Notes: generated by a model not told the origin, from the letters alone. Positions 1-12,709 are shown, counted from the first letter of the stretch. The stretch is 64,000 nucleotides of DNA from Mobula hypostoma (GCF_963921235.1 NC_086100.1:168518001-168582000); one strand, 5' to 3'. Made by a program: numbers and translations.

Positions 1-1085
1 CCCAGGCAACATACTGATAAATCTCCTCTGCACCATCTCTAGTGCAATCAAATCTCCTGTAATGTAGCAACCAGAACTGCACACGATACTCCAGGTATGG
101 ACTATCAATGTTTTTGAAAGTTTATTCATAACCCCAGCTAATGAAGGCAAGAATCCCATTTGTCTTCTTCACCACCTTTTCCACCTGTTCTGCTGTCTTC
201 GGGGAACCTTGGACTTGGACATCAAAGTCCCTCAGAACTCTTTGGGTCCTAACATTCATTTTGTATATATCCTACTCTAATTAATCATCCCAAATGTAAC
301 AACTCAGTTGTTTCAGGATTAAATTCCATCTACCAATTCTCTGCCCATGTTACCAACCGATCAATATCTTGCTTTAGCTGGTAGCTGCCCTCCTCACCAT
401 CAAGAACAGCAACAATATTCATGTCATCTGCAAATTTACTGATCACTCCTCCCAGATTAAAACCCCATTTGTTAATATATATCAAGAAACAGTGGGATTC
501 TCAGTACTGATCCCTGTGATGAAACATTGGTCACAGGCTTCCAGTCACCAAAGCAACCCGTAACTATCACCGTGCCATTGTGAGATCCCAATTTGCCAAC
601 ATGTCCATTTACTATTTTGGACCAGTGTCCTATGTGGGACCCTACCATAGTTTGTACTGAAGTCCAGGTAGATAACATCATCTACGCTATCCCCATTGAC
701 ACACTGAGTTACTCCCCAAAAAGTTTATTTTCAGATGGTTCAGGCAGGATCTCCCCTTGACAATACTGTGCTGACTATCCCTGGTCAATTCCTTCCTCTC
801 ACAGGGTAGATTAATCCTGGCCCTCAGAACCAGTTCCATTAATTTCCCTGTCACTGGAGACCAGTCTGTAATTACCAGGCCTATTCCTGCTGCCCTCTTA
901 AAGAAAGAGACCACCTTTATTGTCCTCCAGTCATCAGCCACCACACCCATGGACAGAGAAACTCCAGCAATCTTCTCGTTCACCTCCCAGACCAGCCTGG
1001 GATAATCTCATGAGGCTCTGTGGAATTAACCACCTTTAAACCTTCTAAAACATCTAACACCTCTTCATTCTTAATGATACGTTCT
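1..1085 (-). mobile_element. Degenerate CR1-clade LINE ORF2 (reverse transcriptase region) fragment
   Basis: The reverse complement contains CTGGAGTATCGTGTGCAGTTCTGG (LEYxVQFW, ~72-95), AAATTTGCAGATGAC (KFADD, ~423-437) and a 'KGRSCLNHL' motif (ORF 687-983). It has many stops and frameshifts, and appears to resume after ~1519. Confidence 0.85.
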
Positions 1086-1087
1086 AG

Positions 1088-1518
1088 AACTCTGCTATTC
1101 CCCCCTCTTTCTTTTCAAATCTTTTTATTATTATTATCCAAAATTAACCCAAGTACATCGAAGTAAGCAACACTTACAATGTCTCAAGAAAAAAAAACAT
1201 TATTTTAAATATTGAAAAAATTTTGGTGATAAAAAAAACCCTACTAAGCAAGAAAAAGTGGGGGGAGAAAAACCCCATTAGGTGTTCAACCCCGGAGCCA
1301 TGCGTCATACAAAAAGCTTCTAAAGGTAAACATCAAACCGCCAGCAAGAAACAAAAAGTACCAAAAATTTACAATTAGATCGTGGAGGAAATCTATCAAT
1401 TAACTCAAGTGATAATAACGAGCAAATGAACCCCATCTTTTCTCAAAATCAAACATAGGTTCAAAGGTTTGACTTCTAACTTTCTCCAAACTAAGACATA
1501 GCATCACGTAAGAGAACC
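1088..1518 (-). mobile_element. 5'-truncated L1-clade LINE 3' end, inserted in the CR1 fragment
   Basis: The minus strand reads WFSYVMLCLSLEKVRSQTFEPMFDFEKRWGSFARYYHLS*, resembling the fish L1 ORF2 C-terminus. It is followed by an AT-rich 3' UTR with AATAAA and an A-rich tail. Confidence 0.7.
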
Positions 1519-1739
1519 TCTCTGAATTCTCCAATGACACCGTCCTTTTCCTTAGTGAATATCAATCATTAAGGCCTCTGCCGTATCGTCTCTCTCCATG
1601 TGTGGCTTGCATTACCAGTGCCATTACCAGTCCCCTCTTCACTTCCCTAATTCCCTCTTTTAAATCCCTCTCCACACATTCTGGTTGTAGGACCTCTCCT
1701 CTAAATTCTCTACTCCTGCCAGGTCCTGCCTTATATCAC

Positions 1740-2290
1740 ATAAATAAGCTGTCCCCAGTGAGGGACGTAGAGCACAGATCACAAACCGTACAGGACAGGA
1801 ACACACCCTGCAGCCTATGATGTCCGTGCCCAACAAGTTAAACTTACCCACCTGCACATGATTCATATCCCTCCGTTCCCTGCCTATTCACGTGCCTCAT
1901 GCATGGCTCTATTGCTCTGCTTCCATTAGCAGTTCTGGCAGCCCGTTCCAGGCACCTGTCACTCTCTGTGTCAAAAGCTTGCCTGGTACAAATCATTTAA
2001 ACATTCCCCCTCTCAGTGTAAAGCTATGTTTTCTCATGCTTCACATTTCCACCCTGGGAAGACCTCTCATAATTTTATAAATGTATATCAGGTGTGCCCC
2101 CCCCCACCCCCAGTCTCTGATGTTCCAGAGAAAACAATGCAAGGTTGTCCAAATTCTCCATGCAGCTAATTCCCTTCAATCCAGACAGAATACTGGTGAA
2201 CTGCTTCTGCACAATCTCCAAAGCCTCCTCATCTTTCCTGTAATGGGGGTACCCAGAAATGCACACAGTACTCTGTTCCTAACCAAAGCT
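1740..2290 (-). mobile_element. CR1 LINE 3' fragment
   Basis: ORF 2075-2266 (YPHYRKDEEALEIVQKQFT..LALFSLEHQRL) matches the CR1 ORF2 C-terminus, followed by a CR1-type 3' UTR. Confidence 0.75.
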
Positions 2291-2419
2291 TTATGCAGAT
2301 TTCTGTCCATTTATCAGATGACAGAGCTCAGTTTGACCGTGAGAGCCTTATGAATTGCTACTTGAATGTGCCACGGCTGGCCAAACCTAAAATGGCTCTC
2401 GAAAATTTTCTGAAGGTGT

Positions 2420-2865
2420 TATTGCGTGGGAGTGCAGACAGAGGAGATTCAGCAGGATTGGGGGCCTTCTGTTATGGGGAGAGACTGGACGAGCTGGGTG
2501 TTTTCCCTGGAGCGAAAGAGACCTGGGGCAAGTATATAAACTTAGAGGCATAAATAGGGTAAATAGTCAATATCTTCTTCCCATGAGATCAAGAGAGGCA
2601 TAGGTTTAAGGTGAAGGAGGAGATTAAAGAGGATCTGTTTATTACAGAGAAGTTTTTTAACACACTCTTTAGAAACTTGCTGCCAGAGGAGGTGGTGGAA
2701 TCAGATTCAATCAACACATTCAAGAGGCATTTAGAGAGACATTACCTACATTAAGTATTAAACAGATCACAACAAACAAATTGCAGGCAAATAAGATGGG
2801 CAATAATGTCAGCAAGGACAAGTTAGGCCAAAGGGCCGGCTTCTGTGCTGTCCAGCTCCATGACA
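2420..2865 (+). mobile_element. CR1 LINE 3' fragment
   Basis: Contains a 'YGERLDELGVF' motif, GGCATAGGTTTAAGGTGA, and a terminal GGCCAAAGGGCC hairpin-like tail. Confidence 0.75.
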
Positions 2866-3054
2866 GTAACCCAGAAACCAACAGTAGTACAGAAATGGTA
2901 AAAACTACTCTGAAAATAGTAAATAGTCTCACTATTTTCACTGAACAACCTAACATGGAATTCCTTTCAAATATCTTCCTCAAATCCACACGCATACGAA
3001 TGGCTGCTCAGAATAATTTTCATCGGTGGCCTACTCTAACAAGTTTACAAGTTG

Positions 3055-3355
3055 GAGAGTGTCGCATACTGCAGGTTCCCCCCCTCCCCCTGAGTCAGAG
3101 AGTGTCACACGCTTCAGGTTCCCCCCTCTCCCCCTGAGTCGGAGAGTGTCACACGCTGCAGGTTCCCCCCTCTCCCCCTGAGTCAGAGAGTGTCACACGC
3201 TTCAGGTTCCCCCCTCTCCCCCTGAGTCGGAGAGTGTCACACGCTGCAGGTTCCCCCCTCTCCCCCTGAGTCGGAGAGTGTCACACGCTGCAGGTTCCCC
3301 CTCTCCCCCTGATTGAGAGAGTGTCACACGCTGCAGGTTCCCTCCCTCACCCTCA
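3055..3355. repeat. 44-bp minisatellite, ~6.5 copies
   Basis: Unit GGAGAGTGTCACACGCTGCAGGTTCCCCCCTCTCCCCCTGAGTC starts at 3097, 3141, 3185, 3229 and 3273, with degenerate flanking copies. Confidence 0.95.
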
Positions 3356-3659
3356 GTTGGAAATATATCACTCGCCCTTCACCATCATTGGGCCCATGTC
3401 CTGGAACTTTCTCCCCAACAACACTTACCGAGTGTCAGCAGTTGTTCAAGAAGATAGCTCATCACCACTTTCTCCAAGGCAGTTGGGGATGGGCCAGTGA
3501 CGCCCGGGTTTGGAAAAGGACATTTAAGCAGATGTGTAATAAATATTATCAAGTCTCATGTGGTTAGGACCATCAACTCTATTTGACTTGGGTGCCAGTG
3601 AAACTAGGGTTTTCTGAGACTAACCTCTCGACCTGCTGTGTCCATGGAGCTGGTGGTGT

Positions 3660-3950
3660 AAGAACAGAGTGGTGCCCATGATGTCACGGTTATCGCCAGC
3701 TGTGGGCTTAGGGTTCATTTCCAGCTGCTGTCTGAAGGGCCACATGGGTCTCCTCTGGGTGCTCTGGTTTCCTCCCACATTCCAAAAAACATACGGGTTA
3801 GGGTTAGTGAGTGGTGGCCATGTTTCGTTGGCACCAGAACCATGGAGACACTTGTGGGCTGCCCAGCACAATCCTCACTGATTTAAGTTGACACAAAATG
3901 ATGCATTTCACTGTTTGTTTCAATGTATATGTGACTAATAAAGCTAACCT
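3660..3950 (+). mobile_element. tRNA-derived V-SINE-like element
   Basis: B-box-like GGTTCATTTCC and V-domain motif GGGTGCTCTGGTTTCCTCCCACATTCCAAA; its tail is shared with 12390-12690. Confidence 0.7.
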
Positions 3951-4009
3951 TATAATGTTAATGTTGAATATTCTATCAAGACTATAACCTTTAACTTTCA
4001 ACATCTCAT

Positions 4010-4370
4010 TCATCTCAACATCTCAGAGGATGTATCCTATGCTCAGCATCGTGATGCCTTCACAAAGGAGGCTTGCTACAGGTTATACTTCCATAGGAGT
4101 CTGAGGACATTTGGTGTGTTAACGAAGACTCTCAGCCAAGAAGAGCAGGGTGAGCTGCCTCAATGACTGTCAGCCAGTGGCACTCACATCTGCTGTGATG
4201 AAGTGCTTTGAGAGGCTGGTCATGGCTACAATCAATTCCTGGACCTGGACCCACTGCAATTTGCCTACCACCACAATAGGTCTGCAATGGATACCATCTC
4301 GCTGCCTCCCCACTCTTTGGATCACCTGGGCAATAGCAATATTTCTATCTCAGGCTGCTGTCTATCAAAA
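4010..4370 (+). mobile_element. Rex1/Babar-clade LINE fragments (rearranged)
   Basis: ORF 4150 '[22 protein letters not shown]' matches the Rex1 motif [18 protein letters not shown]. Confidence 0.8.
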
Positions 4371-4734
4371 TAAATTGAACAAGTTATACAGAACACACCA
4401 GGAGACTGCATTACAAAGAGCGAGTCGCCGAAGAAAACCCCAAGGAAATCTAAACGATTAATGACTCTTAGTAAACATCAATTCACCAGTTTAGGTGCTC
4501 TGAAAACCTCAGAGCCCTATGGTCTCTAGCTCCCCACCTAGGACCGAAGAGCTTGTTACAGTACCACCCTCCCTGTGGCTGGCATCTGGTGCCCAGGGAG
4601 ACCTGAAAACTTCACACAGAAACCTGGGGAATTTGAGAAAGACCAGGGGAACCTCAAGAGAGATTTGAGAACCTTGAGAGAGACTTAGGAGCCTTGGGAC
4701 ATGGTGAACATTGAAAAAGAAAGCAAGCCTTAAA

Positions 4735-5395
4735 AGCAGTTGGGGTGTCCATCATTAAGGACCCCCAGCACCCAGTACATGCCCTTTTCTCATTGCTACC
4801 ATCAAGGAGGAGGTACAGGAGATTGAAGACACACACTCAACTTCTTCCCTTCCACCATCGAATTTCTGAATGGGCAATGAAGCCACGAACACTACCTTGC
4901 TATTTTCCCTCTCTTTTTGCTCTACTTATTGAATTTAATTTTACATATGCAGTATATATTTATATGTAGTATATGCAGCATGTGTTGGCACATGGCCAAG
5001 TGGTTAAGGCGTTGGTCTAGTGATATAAAGGTCGCTAGTTCAAGCCTCAGCTGAGGCAGTATGTTGTATCCTTGAGCAAGGCACTTAACCACACATTGCT
5101 CTGCGATGACACCGGTGCCAAGCTGTGTCAGCCCTAATGCCCTTCCCTTGGACAACATCGTGGCGTGGAGAGGGGAGACTTGGGGCATGGGCAACTGCCG
5201 GTCTTCCATACAACCTTGCCCAGGCCTGCGCCCTGGATACCCTCCAAGGCGCAAATCCATGGTCTCACGAGACTAACAGATGCCTATATATTTATACTTG
5301 ATGTAATTTATAGTTGTTTTATTATTATGTATTACTGTTGGCACAAAACAACAAATTTCATGACATATGCCAGTGATATTAAACCTGATTCTGTA
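4735..5395 (+). mobile_element. Rex1/Babar LINE 3' end, interrupted by a SINE
   Basis: C-terminus 'SIIKDPQHPVHALFSLLPSRRRYRRLKTHT'; the tail AAAACAACAAATTTCATGACATATGCCAGTGATATTAAACCTGATTCT resumes after the SINE. Confidence 0.8.
4983..5290 (+). mobile_element. tRNA-derived CORE-type SINE
   Basis: A box TGGCCAAGTGG, B box AGTTCAAGCC, CORE-like TCCTTGAGCAAGGCACTTAACC (~5069-5090), ending in an AT-rich stretch. Confidence 0.75.
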
Positions 5396-5419
5396 AGGTA
5401 TTCAGACTGGATACATCAC

Positions 5420-5802
5420 CATCTGATAGGGACTGTAAACTCAGCCAGCTCCATCATGGGCAGAAGCCTCCCCACCATCAAGGACATCTTCAAAAGGCAG
5501 TGCCCAACATCAGCATCCAACATTAAGGACCCTCACCACCCAGAACATGGCCTCTTCTCATTACTAGCATCAGGGAGGTCAGGAGCATGAAGACCAACAC
5601 TCAGCGTTTTAGGAACAGCTTCTTCTCCTTCCACCATCGGATTTCTGAACAGTTCATTAACCCATGAAGACTCTCTCACTCTTCCCCTTTGGAACTATTA
5701 TTTATTAATTTTATAGTAATATTTTTTAATGTCTTGCACTGTACCACTGCCACAAAACAACAAATTTCATCACATCTGTCAGTGATAATAAACTGATTCT
5801 AA
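5420..5802 (+). mobile_element. Rex1/Babar LINE 3' end
   Basis: 'IKDPHHPEHGLFSLLASGR' motif and the same AAAACAACAAATTTCAT...AAACTGATTCT tail as 4735-5395. Confidence 0.8.
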
Positions 5803-8800
5803 TTCTGTTTCTGGCTGGGGAGACAGATTGCAGTGAGGATATTGGCCCCAGGAGGTTCTGTTTCTGACCGGGGAGACAGATTGCAGTGAGGATACAGACC
5901 ACGGGAGGTTCTGTTTCTGATGGGGGAGACAGATTGCAGTGAGGATACAGACCACAGGAGGTTCTGTTTCTGACCGGGGAGACAGATTGCAGTGAGGATA
6001 TCGGCCACAGGAGGTTCTGTTTCTGACCGGGGAGACAGATTGCAGTGAGGATACAGACTACGGGAGGTTCTGTTTCTGATGGGGGAGACAGATTGCAGTG
6101 AGGATACAGACCACGGGAGGTTCTGTTTCTGACTGGGGAGACAGATTGCAGTGAGGATATTGGTCCCAGGAGGTTCTGTTTCTGACCGGGGAGACAGATT
6201 GCAGTGAGGATACAGACCACGGGAGGTTCTGTTTCTGATGGGGGAGACAGATTGCAGTGAGGATACAGACTACGGGAGGTTCTGTTTCTGATGGGGGAGA
6301 CAGGTTGCAGTGAGGATACAGACCACGGGAGGTTCTGTTTCTGATGGGGGAGACAGATTGCAGTGAGCATACAGACCACGGGAGGTTCTGTTTCTGATGG
6401 GGGAGACAGATTGCAGTGAGGATACAGACTACGGGAGGTTCTGTTTCTGATGGGGGACACAGATTGCAGTGAGGATACAGACTACGGGAGGTTCTGTTTC
6501 TGACCGGGGAGACAGATTGCAGTGAGGATATTGGCCCCAGGAGGTTCTGTTTCTGACCGGGGAGACAAATTGCACTAAGGATATCGGCCACAGGAGGTTC
6601 TGTTTCTGACCGGGGAGACAGATTGCAGTGAGGATACAGACCACGGGAGGTTCTGTTTCTGACCGGGGAGACAGATTGCAGTGAGGATATCGGCCACAGG
6701 AGGTTCTGTTTCTGACTGGGGAGACAGATTGCACTGAGGATACAGACTACGGGAGGTTCTGTTTCTGACCTAGGAGACAGATTGCAGTGAGGATACAGAC
6801 CACGGGAGGTTCTGTTTCTGACCGGGGAGACAGATTGCACTGAGGATACAGACTACGGGAGGTTCTGTTTCTGACTGAGGAGACAGATTGCACTGAGGAT
6901 ACAGACTACGGGAGGTTCTGTTTCTGACCGGGGAGACAGATTGCAGTGAGGATACAGACCACGGGAGGTTCTGTTTCTGACTGGGGAGACAGATTGCAGT
7001 GAGGATACAGAACACGGGAGGTTCTGTTTCTGATGGGGGAGACAGATTGCAGTGAGGATACAGACTACGGGAGGTTCTGTTTCTGACCGGGGAGACAGAC
7101 TGCAGTGAGGATATCGGCCACAGGAGATTCTGTTTCTGGCTGGGGAGACAGATTGCAGTGAGGATATTGGCCCCAGGAGGTTCTGTTTCTGACCGGGGAG
7201 ACAGATTGCAGTGAGGATACAGACCACGGGAGGTTCTGTTTCTGATGGGGGAGACAGATTGCAGTGAGGATACAGACTACGGGAGGTTCTGTTTCTGACC
7301 GGGGAGACAGATTGCAGTGAGGATACAGACCACAGGAGGTTCTGTTTCTGACCGGGGAGACAGATTGCAGTGAGGATATCGGCCACAGGTGGTTCTGTTT
7401 CTGACTGGGGAGACAGATTGCAGTGAGGATATTGGCCCAGGAGGTTCTGTTTCTGACCGGGGAGACAGATTGCAGTGAGGATACAGACCACGGGAGGTTC
7501 TGTTTCTGATGGGGGAGACAGATTGCAGTGAGGATACAGACTACGGGTGGTTCTGTTTCTGACCGGGAGAGACAGATTGCAGTGAGGATACAGACCACAG
7601 GAGGTTCTGTTTCTGACCGGGGAGACAGATTGCAGTGAGGATATCGGCCACAGGAGGTTCTGTTTCTGACTGGGGAGACAGATTGCAGTGAGGATACAGA
7701 CCACGGGAGGTTCTGTTTCTGACGGGGGAGACTGATTGCAGTGAGGATACAGACTACGGGAGGTTCTGTTTCTGAAGGGGGACACAGATTGCAGTGAGGA
7801 TACAGACTACGGGAGGTTCTGTTTCTGACGGGGGAGACTGATTGCAGTAAGGATACAGACTACGGGAGGTTCTGTTTCTGATGGGGGAGACAGATTGCAG
7901 TGAGGATACAGACCACGGGAGGTTCTGTTTCTGACTGGGGAGACAGATTGCAGTGAGGATATTGGCCCCAGGAGGTTCTGTTTCTGACCGGGGAGACAGA
8001 TTGCAGTGAGGATACAGACCACGGGAGGTTCTGTTTCTGACCGGGGAGACAGATTGCAGTGAGGATACAGACTACGGGAGGTTCTGTTTCTGACCGGGGA
8101 GACAGATTGCAGTGAGGATACAGACTACGGGAGGTTCTGTTTCTGATGGGGGAGACAGATTGCAGTGAGGATACAGACCACGGGAGGTTCTGTTTCTGAC
8201 TGGGGAGACAGATTGCAGTGAGGATACAGACCACGGGAGGTTCTGTTTGTGATGGGGGAGACAGATTGCAGTGAGGATACAGACTACGGGAGGTTCTGTT
8301 TCTGATGGGAGAGACAGATTGCAGTGAGGATATCGGCCACAGGAGGTTCTGTTTCTGACTGGGGAGACAGATTGCAGTGAGGATACAGACCACGGGAGGT
8401 TCTGTTTCTGACGGGGGAGACTGATTGCAGTGAGGATACAGACTACGGGAGGTTCTGTTTCTGACCGAGGAGACAGATTGCAGTGAGGATACAGACCACG
8501 GGAGGTTCTGTTTCTGACCGGGGAGACAGATTGCAGTGAGGATATCGGCCACAGGAGGTTCTGTTTCTGACTGGGGAGACAGATTGCAGTGAGGATACAG
8601 ACCACGGGAGGTTCTGTTTCTGACGGGGGAGACTGATTGCAGTGAGGATACAGACTACGGGAGGTTCTGTTTCTGACGGGGGAGACAGATTGCAGTGAGG
8701 ATACAGACTACGGGAGGTTCTGTTTCTGACTGGGGAGACAGATTGCACTGAGTATATCGGCCACAGGAGGTTCTGTTTCTGACCGGGGGAGACAGATTGC

Positions 8801-10048
8801 AGTGAGGATACAGACTACGGGAGGTTCTGTTTCTGACCGGGGGAGACAGATTGCAGTGAGGATATCGGCCACAGGAGGTTCTGTTTCTGACCGGGGAGAC
8901 AGATTGCAGTGAGGATATAGACCACAAGAGGTTCTGTTTCTGACCGGGGGAGACAGATTGCAGTGAGGATATCGGCCACAGGAGGTTCTGTTTCTGACCG
9001 GGGAGACAGATTGCAGTGAGGATATAGACCACAAGAGGTTCTGTTTCTGACCGGAGAGACAGATTGCAGTGAGGATACAGACTACGGGAGGTTCTGTTTC
9101 TGACCGGGGAGACAGATTGCAGTGAGGATACAGACTACGGGAGGTTCTGTTTCTGACCGGGGAGACAGATTGCAGTGAGGATATTGGCCCCAGGAGGTTC
9201 TGTTTCTGATGGGGGAGACTGATTGCAGTGAGGATACAGACTACGGGATGTTCTGTTTCTGACGGGGGAGACAGATTGCAGTGAGGATATAGACCACAAG
9301 AGGTTCTGTTTCTGACCGGAGAGACAGATTGCAGTGAGGATACAGACTACGGGAGGTTCTGTTTCTGACCGGGGAGACAGATTGCAGTGACGATACAGAC
9401 TACGGGAGGTTCTGTTTCTGACCGGGGAGACAGATTGCAGTGAGGATATTGGCCCCAGGAGGTTCTGTTTCTGATGGGGGAGACTGATTGCAGTGAGGAT
9501 ACAGACTACGGGATGTTCTGTTTCTGACGGGGGAGACAGATTGCAGTGAGGATACAGACTACGGGATGTTCTGTTTCTGACGGGGGAGACAGATTGCAGT
9601 GAGGATACAGACTACGGGAGGTTCTGTTTCTGACTGGGGAGACAGATTGCACTGAGGATATCGGCCACAGGAGGTTCTGTTTCTGACCGGGGAGACAGAT
9701 TGCAGTGAGGATATTGGCCACAGGAGGTTCTGTTTCTGACCGGGGGAGACAGATTGCAGTGAGAATATTGGCCACAGGAGGTTCTGTTTCTGACTGGGGA
9801 GACAGATTGCAGTGAGGATATTGGCCACAGGAGGTTCTGTTTCTGACTGGGGAGACAGATTGCAGTGAGGATATTGGCCACAGGAGGTTCTGTTTCTGAC
9901 TGGGGAGACAGATTGCAGTGAGGATATCGGCCACAGGAGGTTCTGTTTCTGACCGGGGGAGACAGATTGCAGTGAGGATATTGGCCACAGGAGGTTCTGT
10001 TTCTGACGGGGGAGACAGATTGCAGTGAGGATATTGGCCACAGGAGGT
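5803..10048. repeat. 53-bp minisatellite, ~80 copies
   Basis: Consensus GGAGGTTCTGTTTCTGACCGGGGAGACAGATTGCAGTGAGGATACAGACCACG, with occasional 52- and 54-bp variants. Confidence 0.99.
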
Positions 10049-10307
10049 ACAAGTGCTACAGAGTCATAGAAACTGGCCCTTCAGCCTATCTAGTCTATGC
10101 CAACCAAGATGTTTATCTCCTCTGATCCTATTTTCCAGCATTTGCCTCTTATCGTGCTGAACTTTTCCTATCCATTTACCTGTCTAAGTGTCATTTTCAG
10201 CGCTGTGACTATACCAGCCTCTATCAGCTCCTCCAGCAGTTTGCCCCTCACACTCTCAGATTCAGATCTTTCCCCTCAATAGAGAGCCAGGGGCAGATGG
10301 AAGTGCA

Positions 10308-10398
10308 AGCAACACACATCAAAGTTGCTGGTGAACGCAGCAGGCCAGGCAGCATCTATAGGAAGAGGCGCAGTCGACGTTTCAGGCCGAGACCCTTC
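10308..10398 (-). mobile_element. Penelope-like terminal repeat fragment with a truncated hammerhead motif
   Basis: The minus strand reads GAAGGGTCTCGGCCTGAAACGTCGACTG. Same family as 17755-17945 and 38563-38815. Confidence 0.65.
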
Positions 10399-10914
10399 CC
10401 AGTCTACCCTGAGACTGAAGATCCCTGTCCAGACATTGCTCTTACCACCTCACCGTGATTGAGAACAGTTGAACCCGGTGATCAATCTCCAGGTTCTAAC
10501 TTGATTTTCTCCCCATTGGGGTCTACTTCCTCCTGGCTCAACACACTGCAATTCCTTCTGCTCCCCTTCTTCAAGACCTACCCAAACGCTCCTCTGGCAC
10601 GTAAACATTTCGTTTTGTCTCCTAACGTTTCCACCCTATTTTTTTTTTGCTGATTTGCCTGAGCACTTAAGGATGGTTTGCTAAATTAAAGGTGTGGAGT
10701 GGCTGCAAGGAGTGGCTTCAGACTAACACTGAACTCGCGACTTCACCAGGACTCACCCTGGGGAAAGTGCGACCGAGACAGCTTTAACCACACTCTTTGT
10801 GGGCCCAGACCTGCACTATCCAAGCTGCAATAGGAGGCAAAATGTCACCTGTCTGCAGAACCACTCACACTGCTGTGTTAACAAGCAGTCTGGAAAACCT
10901 GCCCAGCTTTAGCT

Positions 10915-11140
10915 TCTGATATAGAATCACTGACATATGTCATGAAATTCGTTGTTTTGTGGCAGCAATAAAGTGCAACATATTTAAAAACTCAGAATGC
11001 TTCTGAGCCGACACCAGAAGCAAATCAGAAACCTGATGGGGGAGGGGAAGAAGCTGTTCCTAAACTGTCGAGTGTGTGTCTGTACCTCCTTGAGAAGAGG
11101 GCATGTCCTGGGTGATTGGGTTCCTTAATGATGGATGCAA
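10915..11140 (-). mobile_element. Rex1/Babar LINE 3' end
   Basis: Reverse complement of the tail and C-terminus seen at 4735-5395. Confidence 0.7.
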
Positions 11141-11634
11141 TCTGTTGGAGAAACTCAGCAGGCTGAGCAGTTCTGAAGCAGGGTTTCAACCTGAATTACC
11201 AGCAATTCCTTTTGCCCCATCGCCCCCTCGTCCATCCCCACTGCCCCACAGGTGCTGCTTGACTCACTGAGATGATCTCACAGATGCTTGTCGCTCTTCT
11301 GCTTGCTCATTGGTCAAATACCCCACAGCCCTAACTGGTTGGGAATGTCTCAAAGAAGCACCTTGGGATGGTTAACCTTGTTAAGGGTGCTATATAAATG
11401 CAGGGAGTTGTTTCAGATGAGCGTTTGTGTCAGACTCAGCCTAACTATGCGCCAGCCTTTCACACGTCCGGCCAAAGACAATTCCCGCTGTGCCAACCCT
11501 TCAATTGAGGCTGAGGGAAGCTGTGAAGAATATACTCACACTGAGTTTCCTTGCACAACTTCAGTGAGCTTACGGGGCGGGGAGGGGCAATAGAAAGAAG
11601 CAGTTTCGCAGAGTCCCTAACTAACTCTTGCTTT

Positions 11635-12355
11635 TCTCTGTTTTGGGGACAGAGAGGGAAGTTAGGGGGTCAGGTTAGGGTTTAGGGTCTGGGATGTGTT
11701 GGAATTAGAGGACAGTCTGAGCTTCTGTGTTCGAAGGCCAGTGCTGAGGTGTGATTGGATGTCAGGCTGCAGATCAGCGAGCACGTGGAGGATCCCATCA
11801 CCAATGAGAATGGAGTTCAAGGCCTGGAGCTCTGACTCCTATCCAGGGTCCTCACCTGTCATCGTCTGTGAGTCCTGGATCGATACTGAAGGTCAATCGA
11901 AAGCCCGATCGAAGCCCAAAGATCGATGGGAAATCCAGATTGAAGCCTGAAGGTCAGTCAGAGATCTGGATCAAAGGCCTAAAGGTTGGAAGTTCAGATG
12001 GCCAGAGCTTTCTTCTGCAAATATCTGCAAGTCTGCTGGCGAAGTTGGGGTAATGTCTTTGAATCTTTGAGTCCTCTGGAGGCTGGAGAAGGCGGCCTGT
12101 CCTGAGTTTAGAGGCTGCATATGTGCGTGTGGTTGGGTGAGAGGGAGGGAGGAATAGGGCTTGTCTTGTCTTGTTGTTGCTTTGTTGCTTGGTATGGTCT
12201 GTGTTGCTCTGCTGACCATTGTGAGCACACTATACTGGGAGCAGAACACTTGCACTTGCAGATTGCCCCTGACATGTCCTTGGCTGTGAAGGTTGTTAAT
12301 GTAATTGACACATTTCACTATATGTTTCGATGTGCATGTGATAAATCTGAAACTT
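11635..12355 (+). mobile_element. Non-autonomous retroelement copy A (no ORF)
   Basis: Homologous in inverted orientation to 13262-17425 at both ends. Its 3' tail GACACATTTCACTATATGTTTCGATGTGCATGTGATAAAT is also shared with SINEs in the window. Confidence 0.65.
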
Positions 12356-12389
12356 GCTGCCTGTGCGTGCTTTAGAATTGTTACTGAAA

Positions 12390-12690
12390 TCAAGGCAGCA
12401 TGTGAGCTTACTGCACAATCGCTTACAGCACCAGTGACCCAGGTTCAATTCCTGTCGCTGTCTGTACGGGGTTTGTACGTAATCCCATGACCAGGTGCGT
12501 TTCCTCCGGGTGCTCTGGTTTCCTCCTACTTTACAAAGACGTACTGTACGGCTTGGGGTAGTGAGATGTGGCCTTGCTACGATGGTGCCAGAAGTGTGGC
12601 AACACTTGCAGGCTGCCCTCAGCACAACCCTTGACTGTGTGGGTTGTTGACGCATTTCAACGTTCCAAAGAACAGGTGACAAATAAAGTT
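12390..12690 (+). mobile_element. V-SINE-like element
   Basis: B box GGTTCAATTCC and V-domain GTTTCCTCCGGGTGCTCTGGTTTCCTCC. Confidence 0.75.
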
Positions 12691-12709
12691 CATCTCCCTT
12701 TTCCGTTGG

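Noticed and set aside
4985..5055. tRNA gene
   Set aside because: A and B boxes are present but there is no complete cloverleaf. It continues into a SINE core, so it is a SINE head; the same applies to the V-SINE heads.
5803..10048. Possible CRISPR array or repeat-protein gene (ORFs up to 310 aa)
   Set aside because: The repeats are head-to-tail with no unique spacers and no cas genes, in a eukaryotic context. The unit of 53 bp is not a multiple of 3, so the ORFs cycle through frames and are artefacts.
11661..11690. Telomere-like TTAGGG motifs
   Set aside because: Only about 3 imperfect, non-tandem copies inside a retroelement, so not an interstitial telomere.
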